NCBI RefSeq assembly: GCF_009914755.1
Contig: NC_060926.1
Length of the DNA: 64,000 nt
DNA from: the human T2T-CHM13v2.0 reference genome, Homo sapiens
Reading direction: 5' to 3' (one strand)
This document shows positions 40,457-52,999 of this stretch, piece after piece. Both the position numbers and the translations under genes were made by a program. Below the pieces are notes generated by a model that had not been told where the DNA came from, ran no database searches, and saw nothing but the letters and a program-made list of their open reading frames with translations. Position 1 is the stretch's first letter. Each line of letters begins with the position of its first letter.

Positions 40457-42296
40457 TTTTTAACCGCCCACCTATGTAAAGTACTCTACCACATCTGACA
40501 AGTTGAGAAAAATGATGACATCAAATGTTGCCTATGGGAAGCCTCTAATCGACTAAATATCTCGACTTCAACACTCAAATATACTGCTACAGCATTGTAA
40601 AGTGTTTTGTACCCTCTGAATATAATACTGTAAAATGTTCTACATTATTATTTGAAGAAAATTGTTGAGGAATAATTTTACAGTGTGTAAGGTGGTAGAT
40701 GCAGATGAAATAATTATAATATGAAAATATTGAGATCATAAAGTAATTTCCCTTGTAGTTACCTTTATGAAAGTTGTACGATTGAGTTTAATTTCAATAA
40801 AGCAACATCAGCCATAATTTAGTGTCCTTTAAGTGAATTAAGCAATTTCAAGCCTTATAAACATGTTCAAGTTCAGTGAGAAGGACACTTTTTAGAAAAT
40901 TTCTAAGCTAGTGACTTTAGTGGCATTGGTAAATATCCAGAGACTGTGTGAGGAAAACACTCGAATATAGAACTGTAAAATCTAAATAGAGAAACCATTG
41001 TGTTAAATCTGAAAACATATTAGTAAGTGACATTTTCCTTTAAGTAATCTTATTGTATTTTTCGTGACATTCAATTATTTATTTGCACCAAGAAATATTG
41101 TTCAGGACTTGAAGACTGAGTAAATGTGCGTGAGCTACACAAAATATATTTTGTTATTAGTAAATCATCTATTATAAAACTGAGAAGTCTCAAAAGTAGG
41201 TAATGGGAAAAAAGTGTTTCCATTGTTTGCTTTCTTATTTCAAATATCTTTATGAAAAATTCAGCATTTTAATAATAAAGAGCAATAATTAAAGATGACT
41301 TATTTATTATTTTGGTAGACAGAAAGGATGGTTTCATTTATATTTGTTCAATTATTTTCTTTAACTCTTATTTTATATATAGGCCAGTTGTATTTTTTGT
41401 TTTGTTAATTAGCTGCCTATTAAGTTTTCTTGCATAATTATATTCAGTTTCTATGAACTAGTTATAAATCAAATATATTTCTTTTTATTTATAAAATAGC
41501 AGGATGTTGCTTTGCTCATCTATCTTTTCATTAGTTAAATTTTGGTGTGTTGAAGTTTGGCATTTGATGTAGTTTAATTGACATCATTTTGAGGAGGTGG
41601 GGAATGAAGAGATTTTTCTCTATGAGCATACAGCTTAGAAAGTCATCATTCCAACTTAACACTTGATTAATATTCAATCACTTTTTTAATGTTATTTTAA
41701 AATCATGTTTTCTTTGAAGACTTTCTGAACTTTGAAATACAATTTTTAATTTAGAAATCATTGGTATTTTTCTTTTTGTTTTAATTTTTACACTTTATTA
41801 AACATCATTTTATAAACACAGAATATACATTAAAAAGCATAATAACAATTTTACTATGCTTATTTCTGTCATTAATGGGTCGCTATTAAGAGTTTCAGGT
41901 AGTGCTAATATAATTACAATTCTTAAGTCAATTGATGGACACTTTGAATAGAGATTTAAATGAAGAAGTTTATCATTGGCATGCATGCTGTATAGTCCCA
42001 AATATCTCAATCCTATTATATTAAGGATGAGTATTATATTGGAGTAATATTTTATGGCTTTCAAAATATGTTTTAAATTGTTACTTTTAGAGATACCAAC
42101 CATAATACCTAATACCTAAGTAGACAGAGCTGTAGATACAATCATTCTGAGGTGATCTGACCCTACACTGACAATAACAGTTGTCAGTAGAGATCATTGA
42201 AATTCATATTTTTCTACTTTAGATGAAATGTATTTTGAATGTCTTAGCTGGTATTCAAAGAAAAAAGAAAAGATGATTAAAAGCAATACAATCATA

Positions 42297-45200
42297 GGAG
42301 GCTTCCAGTTCCAAAATTGTGATGTAGATGGAACCTGGCTTCACTTCCCCTAACAGAAAGCCGAAAACAAATATACAATGCCAAGATTATCACCAGAAAT
42401 ATCCCAGAACTCAAATAAGGAAATGAGAATTCCTGGGGCCACAAAGAAGTGTAATATTAATAACTCTAAGGAGATGGTAAGATGATAGGACTTCCACATC
42501 TGCAATATCTGTCCCCTCATTCTGCCCGCCTCCAGGTGAAGAGAAAAATTTTTCCCAATTCACTGTTTCTGCACTGGCAAAACTGAGATCAAGATGGACA
42601 ACCATCTTCCCCATCATATTGGGTAGCCTGGCAGGAGACATGTTTCTGTTTTTACTCACAGAAAGCATTACAAGTACTTAAAGGGATAAATATCACTGAG
42701 AATAGCCAGTGACAAAGGATGGAGGTAGAATTATCATCCCCAGACCTGGAAAATGTAATCTGTAATTTGGAGATGTAATTTGCCAAAGGAGATGCCAAAT
42801 CAGAATGACTGTATAGCAGCACCACACGAAAGGAGGTTCATCTAATAGGTCCCTAGAACACAAAACCCTAGACAGCCTTCCTCCCTGCCAGGACATCCCC
42901 TTTAGGACCTTCTCCACTTGGGAAAGGCAGCACTTTGAGCTTTTACTAGAGCCAAGGCAAACCTGGGCTGAAGGCTACCACCCAGAGCTGAAAAGGAGGT
43001 GATGACCTAGCAGTAAAAATCTGTGAGGAAATGTATCCAATAAAAATCAAAACAAGCAAGACAGAGAAGACTGAAATAAATAACTAATCTTTCAATGCAA
43101 AGACACACATATGTGTCTACAAGAAATAATAGCAAACAGGAAACCATGATTTCCCCAAACATAAAAAACAAGGAATTAATAAGTGACTCCAATGAGATGG
43201 CAATATGTGAGCTCTCTGACAAAGAATTCAAAATGGTAGTTTTAAGAAAGCTCAGTGATCTGCAAGATAACACAGAAAAGAAATTCAGAAATATATCAGA
43301 AAAATTTAATAAAGAGATTAAAATAATTAAAAATCACACAGAAATCGTAGAGCTGAGAAATACATAAGCTGAAGTAAAAAATTCATCGAAGACTCTCGAT
43401 AGCAGAATGACCACGCAGATGAAAGAGTCAGTGGACTCAAACACAGCCTACTTAAAAATATACAGAGGAGAAAAAAGTCTAAAGACCAAAAAAGATCACC
43501 TAAAAGATATAGAAGAGTACCTCAGAAGACTAAATTTAAGAATTATTAGTGTTCATGAGAAAGTTGAACAATAGCAAGTGGCAGAAAGCTTACTAAAACA
43601 AACCAGCATATTTTTCCAAACTTGTGTGGAGAAAACACATGCATGTAAGTTACATCCAAGCACACATAGGCGAACAACATCATACAGATTTGACAAACAA
43701 GACTACCCAAGACCTATGATAATCAAACTCTCAAAAGTCAAGGACAAAGAGTGAATCCCAAAAACAGAAAAAGAAAAGAAGGAAAATAAAAAGGAGTTCC
43801 AGTTCACCTGGAAACAGACATCTCAACAGAAACCATACAAGCCAGGAAAGAGTAGAATGACATTTCTACTAAAGTGCTGAAAGAAAAAGAAAATCACCAT
43901 ACAAGAATACTGTATTCAACAAAGCTGTCCTTCAGCTATGAAACAGAAAAATTCTTTCCCAGACAAACAAGAGCTTAAAAGAGTTGATCACCACCAGATA
44001 TGTCTTACAAAAAGTACTAAAGAGAGTTCTTCCATCTGAAAGAAAAAAAAATGTGAAGGAAACAAACAAAAACATCTGAAGGTATAAAACCCACTGTTAT
44101 AATTAAGTGCATGGCCAAACCCAGAATACTGTAATGCCGTAATTGTGGTGTGCAATTCACTCATAACTCTAGTATGAAGCCCAAAAGACAGTTCTATCAA
44201 AAACAATAATAGTTACAGGAACCTGTTAAGAGATATGTAATATAAAATATGTAAACTAACACAACAAAGAGCCAAAATGTATGTGTGTGTTGTGGGGATG
44301 GAGTTAAAATGCAGATTTTTCCTGTTTTTTTTCTTTGTTTCCATTTTTTCTTTGTGATCTAAGATAACTTGTCATATCTGTAAAATAACTTTATTATATC
44401 TATAAGATATTTTTGTAAGACTCATGGTGACCACATACAAAAGCCTATAATAGATAAAGTAAAAATAAAAAGCAACAAATTAAACCGTACTAGCAGAGAA
44501 AATCAAAATCTTTTAACTACAAAAGAATACAACAAGAAAGAAAGGAAGAGATGAATTACAAACAACTAAAAAACAAGCAACGAAATGGCAGTAGTAAGTC
44601 CTTATTTACAGTAATAACACTGAATGTAAATGAACTTAATTATCCAATTAAAAGGCATAGAATAGCTGAATGAGTAAAGAAACAAGACTTTATGCTGCCT
44701 ACAAGAAACTTCATCTGTGAAGACATATATAGCCTGAAAGTGAAAAGATTGGAAAATGATATTCTATGCAACTGAAAACTAAAAAAGAGCAGAAGTAGCT
44801 ATACTTATATCAGATAAAATAAACTACAGATTAAAGGCTATAAAGGAGGCCAAAAGTGCCCACTGTATAATATTAGTGAACAGGGTCACAAAAATTCTCA
44901 AGAAAATATTAGAAAACTTTTGTCAAGAACACATTAAAAAGATCATTCACTATATTTAAGTGGGATTCATCTCAGGAATGCAAGGATGGTTCAGCATACA
45001 CAAATCAATAAATATGTACATCATATTAACATAACCCAGAACAAAAACCATATGATTATTTTAATAGGTGCCCATAAAAGCACTTGATAAAATTTAAATC
45101 ACTTTATAATGAAAACCCTCATCAAAATGGATGTAGAAGGAACATGCCTCAAAATAATAAAGGCTGCATATGACAAGCCCATAGCTAACACTTTACTGAA

Positions 45201-47272
45201 TGGGGGAAAATTGAAGACCTTTCCTCTAGATTTGGAGAAAAAGACAAGGATGCCCACTTACCACTTTACCACTCTTATTCAAAACAGTACTGGAAACCCT
45301 GGCCAGAGCAATTAGGTAAGAAAAGGAAATTTAAAAGTATCCAAATTGGAATGGAATAAGTCAAATTAGCCTTGTTCACAGAAGACAAGATTCTATACTT
45401 AGAAAAACCTAAAGACGGCCTGGCGCAGTGGCTCACACCTGTAATCCCAGCATTTTGGGAGGCTGAGGCAGGAAGATCACGAGGTCAGGAGATTGAGACC
45501 ATCCTGGCTAACATGGTGAAACCACATCTCTACTAAAAATACAAAAAATTAGCCAGGCTTGGTGGCACGTGCCTGTAGTCCCAGATACTTGGGAGGCTGA
45601 GGCAGGAGAATCACTGAACCTAGGAGGCAGAAGTTGCAGTGAGCTGAGATCGTGCCATTGCACTCCAGCGTGGCAACAGAACAAGGCTCCATCTCAAAAA
45701 AAAAAAAAAAAAAACAAAAAACTGAAAGACTCTACCAAAAAACAGTAAGAATTGATAAATGAATTCAGTAAAGTTACAGGCCACAAAATCAACATACAAA
45801 AATCAATAGTATTTATATACACTGACAGTGAAGAATCTAAAAAAGAAATCAAGAATTCAATTCCATTAACAATAGCTACAATAATATAAAATACTTAGCA
45901 ATCAGTTTAACCAAATAAGTTAAATGTCTGTACAAAGACAACTATAAAGCATTAATGAAAGAAATCAAAGAGGACAGAAACAAATGAAAAGATATTTCAT
46001 GCTCACGGATTGGAAGAATTAATACTTTTAAAATGACAATACTACCCAAAGTGATCTACAGATTCAATGCAATCCCTATCAAAATACCAATGCCATTTTC
46101 ACAGAAATAGAAAAAACAATCCTAAAATTCCTATGGAACTAAAAAAGGCCCTGAATAGCCAAAGCAATCCTGAGCAAAAAGAACAGAGCTGGAGTCACAC
46201 TACCTGACTTCAAAATTTATTACAAAGACATAGTAACCAAATTATTGTGGTAAAAATAGACTCATAAACCAATGGAACAGAATAGAAGACCCAGATATAA
46301 ATCCGTGCATTTGCATCCAACTCATCTTTGGCTAAGGTGCTAAGAACATAATGGGGAAAGGATATTCTACATATGTTCTCACTCATGTGGAAGCTATATT
46401 TAATAAATGGTACTGGGAAAACTATATAATTATGTAGAAGAATAAAACTGGATCCCCATCTTTTACCACACACAAAAATAAAAATGGACTAAAGACTTAA
46501 ATCTCAGACCTGAAACTATGAAACTGCTAGAAGAAAGCATTGGGTAAGCACCCCAGGACATTGGTCTGGACAAAGATTTTGTGTTTCATACTGTAAAAGC
46601 ACAGGCAACTAAAGCAAAAAATAAAAAATAAAAAAAAATGAAAAGAAAAACCAGGATTATATCAAGGTAAAATCTTCTGCACAATAAATGGAATTATCAA
46701 CAAAGTGAAGAGACAACCCATAGAATGGAAGAAAATATTTGCAAATTATCCATCTGATGGAATTAATAACCAGAATATATAAGGAGCTCAAACAACTCAA
46801 TAGCAAATGAATAAATTGTCCAGTAAAATGGCAAACAGACCTGAATAGACATTTATCAAAAGAAGACATACATATGGCCAAAAGGTATATGAAAAAAATA
46901 CTCATCACTAATCATCAGAGAAACACAAATCAAAACTATAATATATCAATCCTGCACCTGCTAAAATGGCTTTTATTAAAAGGACATTATAAAAAAGACA
47001 GATGCTGGTGATGATGCAGAGAAAAGGGAACTTTCTTATACTGTTGGTGGGAATGTAAATTTGTATAGCTACTATGGAGAACAGCATGGAGATACCTAAA
47101 AAAAAATAGAACTACATATGATCCAGCAATTCCACTACTGGGTATATAATCAAAAGAAAGGAAATCAGTATATCGAAGAGACATTACACTCTTATGTTTA
47201 CTGCAACACTATTCACAATAGCCAAAATGTGGAAGCAACCTAAGTGTCCATCAATGGTTAAATGGATAAAAT

Positions 47273-47318
<46 letters not shown>

Positions 47319-47915
47319 TAGATATGTACATATATATGATATTCTATTATGTGTGTGTTTATATATACAATTCACCATATATACATATATATGATAGAAT
47401 ATCATTTAGCTATACCAAAATGAAATTCTGTCATTTGCAGCAACATGGATGGAACTGGTGGCTCATTATGTTAAGTGAAATAAGCCTGGTACATGTTCTC
47501 ACATGTTCTCACTGTCTTATGTTAAAGCCAAACACATGTTCTTACTCATATGGAAGCTAAAAAAGTGAATCTCATAACTAAAGGGAGTAGATTGGTCATT
47601 ACCAGAGAGTGGTGAGAAGGGGAGGGGTAAAGGGAGGATGAAGAGAAGTTGATTAATGGGTACAAATACATAGTTTGATAGAAGTAATAAGACCTAGTGA
47701 TAGATAGACTTGTACAGTGACTATATTTTACAACAATCTATTGTATATTTCAAAATAGCTAGAAGAGAAGAATTTGAATAGTTCCAGCAGAAAGACAAGA
47801 CAAATATTAGGTGATGGATATCCTAAGTACACTGATTTGATCTTTACCAATTATATGAGTGTATTAAATTATTATATGTACCCTGAAACTATGTACATAT
47901 GTTATGCATCAATAA
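42297..47915 (+). mobile_element. L1MA (L1MA4/5-like) with 5' UTR, ORF1, internally deleted ORF2 and 3' UTR
   Basis: ORF1 remnant 43095-43367; endonuclease region jumps to RT region near 44880; ends aataaaa; degenerate TSD aaaagcaatacaatcata / aaaggtaataccatcatg. Confidence 0.88.
45417..45715 (+). mobile_element. AluSc-like inside L1MA
   Basis: gatcacgaggtcaggagattgagaccatcctgg; TSD-like aaaaacctaaagac / aaaaactgaaagac. Confidence 0.93.
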
Positions 47916-49879
47916 AAGGTAATACCATCATGTATAATTTGATGTATTGAACAGAAAATCAACATTGATGCATCTTTGGCTATGACTTACAAGTATGAGT
48001 TTATTTTGGAATACCAATACCCCTTCAACCTTCAATAAGTATATTATAATAATTCTATAATGAGATACTAGTCTTTGTGCTGCTTATTGTGCAGACTGGG
48101 TTTCTTCATGTTTTTCTTTGAATGTTGCAATATATTTTAAACTTCATTACTTTCTTGACACTTTATGATTTTGTATCTATGACTTTATTGTTTTCTTGGA
48201 TATATTTTAAAATGTGTTTTTTCTTTATGTTTCTACATCCACCCATATGCATTTCCTTATGGTTTCATCTTTAAGCTATCTTATTTTCTAGAGTTTGTAC
48301 ACTCCTCATCTGCCTATTGTTGGTCTCAGGGCATTTCTTGTGCATAGCTCGAGTGGGTAGCATCCCCAGTCACTGAGCTCATCACACGCGGTGCTAATCT
48401 ATACCTTCAGATGATGTGCATCTAATTTCTAATTCCAGCTTCTGCTATAGCTAACTGTTCCATAGCCAGTAATTGAGTCCTTACTTAGAGTGATTGCCCA
48501 GTGGGGTTCACATTTATTCTGCTCATAAAATCCCATCTTTTCTGCAAGAAAGGACTGACTTCCTGGAAGATGAAAACAATAGCAATCATCCTCCTATAAA
48601 AAGGATTTCCTATCTTTGGGTTACTTCTTTTGTAAAATTTCTTCAAAGCATTGGGCTCCAGGCAAGTGACAATTTTTAAAAGACTATTATATGAAGATGG
48701 ACAAATTTTATCTCTTAGTACCCACAACTGTGTTGTAGGTTATATTTTGGCAAACGGCCTTAGTTTGATCTACCCTATAGAATCACAGTAAGGAGATCTC
48801 ATTTTTTCCTTTTATTGATGAGAATACTGAAAAACTAAGTGTGTTTCACAAACAACAGAAAGGTCCAGAAAGACTATGTATGTTTCAGAAACAAAGCTTT
48901 TAAATGGCAAAGATGTGATAAGAACATGAACGTTCTGATTTTTCCTGATGTTCTAATTTATCTTATTTCCAGAACAACTAAGAGCCATTGGGCACTTGAT
49001 TTGTATACCTAAAATATCTTATTTACTTAATCTTGTAAAACTTTGGGTAAGGAATTCACACAGAAAACTAAATGCTTACCTGAGGGTTATCAATTCCTTG
49101 GTGAATAGCACAGTCCTGGTGAAGTATATCTGATCTATAGAGACATGTGAAATTCAGATGAAAACTGTGATCTTTTCTGGAGTTTATTAGAAACGTGATG
49201 GAGAATCTGCTGGGGTCATGACTGTTGCTCCCCCACTGAATTTATGGTGGAACAGATGGTTCTCCCAGAAAGACCAACAAAGTTTTAATGATTATAAAAT
49301 CTTTGTCAGAAAATTCACAGACTTGGTTATGCATGCATTGTTATCACTGCTTCTTTCTTTTATTTATACTTTAAGGATGAAGAGCCTGATTTACACAGCT
49401 GGATTTTAAACATGGTTTAAATGAATAAATTTGGATTTCTGAAAAGTGACTTAATAAACTGAAATACTCAGTTGGATTCTTGAGTAGGAATACAGTATAG
49501 CTCAAAATATTAGAGACGGTCTTACTTGTCCTGAAATAAACTGATCTTATCAATAGAAATTCAACCTGAATGTGAGTCTGGTTATTAGGAAAATAGTATC
49601 TCTCATGGAAAGGAAAATAGCAATTTGGAAATGAAACATGAGAGGTAATTAGTCAAAGGATAAGAAAGAGTATCTGTTGCCGCAGGGAATGAAAACTAAG
49701 TAAAGTGAATCTCATATTTCAGTGTGTGAAAATACATATGATCATATATTTTATTACCAAGACTTGAAGGGATAGGATACCAGATTAGAATAGAATAATG
49801 GAAATATATGCCTTATTCAATATAAATAGGCCAGTTGTGAGTTAGGATAGTGTGGATGTGAGCTGCTTAGAACTTGGTG

Positions 49880-50260
49880 TACTTGTAAAGTGGAAATGGC
49901 CTGAAGAATAATATTTGGGTGATAAAGGAGATGAACGGAGTGTCTTTGTAGGACATGATAGCTTTCCTCCTGTACTCTAAAGGCTACTGAGTGAAAGAGG
50001 AATTATTTGAATTCTGAATAATGCCAAGGATGATATCCCTTATATAGAAGAAAAACATATCAATAAAAGGAAGACTTTCTAACAGAGCTACTTGCAACCA
50101 AATGAACTGTGTTCCCTCTTACTAGAAGTTTTATATAGAGACTGCATGATAAAATTATAAAATCAATAGAATATTAGTAGAAAAAATTAAAATGAGAGAT
50201 CCGTGATTAGATTAAATGGATTTAAAGCCTCTTCCAGGCTTGGGATTCTAGAATTCTGTG
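49880..50260 (+). mobile_element. CR1/L3-like 3' fragment
   Basis: aggaagactttctaac; ttccctcttactagaagttt; cctcttccaggcttgggattctagaattctgtga. Confidence 0.55.
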
Positions 50261-51169
50261 ATACATGACACATGAATTCAGTTTCACCATGCTAGTTTTA
50301 AATGTTTTCAAATTGTCACTATAATATTCTATAATATGACCATTGATGGAAAACAACCACGTTTATATGAGAAACAGAGGCACTATTGCTTCCAGAACCA
50401 TAGAGCTATCCTGCTCTTCCTCATCCTAGGGCCTTCAAATAGTGTGGCTTTGTCAGGTGTGCAATAACTGAAAAAATCTGAGCCTTAATATTGAATGCTT
50501 CTTCTCAAATATGCAATAAAGAGGTTTTTTTCTATTTTTACCTTCCAAATGTTATCTAGAGAATAATTATTTAAAAAATATTGACCTGAGTTTTACTTAG
50601 AACCTTCACAAGTTTGTGAAAAACAATTCTCTTCACTATCCTTGTCTTGATGCAGCTTTGTACAACTCTTAGTACCAAAGCAGAGATTGCGAAGAAAGTA
50701 TTGCATTCCATATTTAGTCAGAGACTACAGAAGATGACAAATATATTCTGCCTTTGTTGACCTAGAATGCATCATCAAATCAATCCTCCTTAGACTTGAA
50801 CTCAGCATCACACTCACATATTTTGGTTACCATGTATTCCTAAAATGCAGAAATGGGTACGCTGACAAATTTTGCAATTCAAGATTTTTACCAGTTCAGC
50901 TCAGAGGTCAAAAGAAGACAGAGAAGCAGATGCATCACAGGGGGGATTTTTCACTGCAAGAATGGCGTGTCTCCATTTGTTACAAGTTAGACTTGGAAAA
51001 ATCCTTTAGTTAAATGAAAAAGACAAATGTGAGACAGACTGCCTCGAGAATCATTTACCAATATCTCGGAATGACTGTGATTATACAAAACACAGATATT
51101 AAAATAATTAAGTTCAAAAACTAAGTGCAAGGTTGTAAGATAAATTGTTAGCAATTCTTTAACATAATT

Positions 51170-51700
51170 TCTGTCCTCTCCCTGCAGCAAACCGGGTCTT
51201 CATCATGCCCCTGGAGTTATTCTAAAATTAATACACGATTATTTTTCTAACTCCGCTTAAAATTCTTTCATCTCTCCTCTTGGCCTACAGATTAAAACTT
51301 CTCAGGACTGCCTTTCCTAAGCCCTTTTATTATTTGACTATTGCTTATCTATTTAGACTAATTGTTCTGTTACTCTTCTCTTCCTGAATGCAAATTACTT
51401 AAAAATTTCTGAATGTAATGTCCACATCCTGGACATTCATCATTTTTCCTCTCCTATTTTTACATTGTGAACACCTACTCATATGTATAGATTTTGTTCA
51501 GATGTGTTCATCATTTTAAAGGCCATAGCCTTCATAACCACCTTTTAGGCCTAGAGAATTGATTACATTCTGCTCTGTCCCATAACTATATCCTGTGTTT
51601 TCATATATTAAAATACACATGAAAATATTACAATTAATTCATTCTAAGGCAGAGTTTATTCAATCATCTGTATATTTCTAGAACATTGTACAACTTCTAA
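51170..51700 (+). mobile_element. L2 fragment
   Basis: ctccgcttaaaattcttt...tcttggcctacagattaaa; acacctactcat. Confidence 0.5.
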
Positions 51701-52999
51701 ATTTTAAATATTTTGTATTATTCATTTTCCAAAGAAATTTAGAAGGCTTGATAGCATGTGTGTTTTTTAAAGAAATAATTGCTGTAGAGGATAACATAGG
51801 ACATGTAAAATAAGATAAAGCTAGGAGTCAGATTAATATTTAAAATGCATGTAATATGCCTTAAATATTTTCTACTTTATGGATATTCATTAATTAATAA
51901 AAGCCAAGAGTTTTCTAAATTACCAGAGGAGGGCTTCAGTTTGGGCCTAAGTATCATAGCAGCCTACAAAAAGAAGGAGGCTTAGTCAGCTATGTGATTT
52001 TCATTGTCATTGAAAGAAATGGTGTCAGACTGTCAGCAGCTAAATAATTATTTTTGCTAGTAAGGCCTGAAAGCATTTCACCCTGGTCCATTTTAAGAGT
52101 AGATGATACTCTTATTTAAAACCTATTGAGCAATAGCCTCAACAACAACCTTTCAGTAATGCCCATAAGACCATGTCTTATAACTTTTGTTATTGTAGTG
52201 AAGAGGAATAATACCACTGGTAATTCAGTAAAAGTAATTCTATGCTGGTGAAGGTGAGGAGGAAAAAATGATCTCTGAATGTACTGCCTTCTAATTCTCA
52301 ATATTTAGTCCGAAGAAAACATGTGAACATGTACAGGAATGTATGTATTTTTATATTTGTCCCACTTATTGTAGTGAATATTAAGGAATGGAATAAATTC
52401 ATAAATTAAAAAATACAATAATCTATAGCACAGCATCTATTGGAAGATACATACCCAAGCAGCAGACAAGAAGTTGAGTTGTAGAATTTTCTCAGTTGTA
52501 TAAGCAGACTCAGTGATGTGCAGGGCCAAGGTTGAGTGTAAAGAATGCCTGGAGTATATGGTTAAAAAATCATTCTGAATAGAGTAGCTTTCTTGTCCTA
52601 TAGAACCATGTGAACACAGGGTGAGAAACAGACAAGGGGTTTGTAAATGGAGAGCTCTTGCCTCTGGAGCTATCACAAGCTCTGGATCCTGGTCTGAATG
52701 AAAATGAGGCATCTCCTAGAGTCTCGTGAAAAACAGGTATAACAGCTGGGTTTTCATATTTAGGCCCAGAGATCTGGTAATTTAAGACTTTGCAAGAGGA
52801 TAAGATTGAAGCTTTCAATAAAAAATATTTTTCTGTAAGAACTGGATTCAGGCAGAAAATGGAGCCTAAGTTAAAGGCATTTATTTTCTGTGGATGTACC
52901 AAAGAATAAAGAAGTAGGTAAAGCAGAGGCCCACAAAACTGTGGGAGCTTGAGGAAAGCAAATAAACAAGAAAAATCAGTAAAATACATAGTACATTTA

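Noticed and set aside
40236-40463. YI/HT-rich ORFs (also 19891-20211, 47184-47560, 63662-63986)
   Set aside because: Translation of dinucleotide microsatellites
48320-48500. Slightly GC-richer unique stretch with a few CpGs as a possible exon or ncRNA
   Set aside because: No convincing splice-site pair, ORF or RNA-family motif; conservation data would be needed
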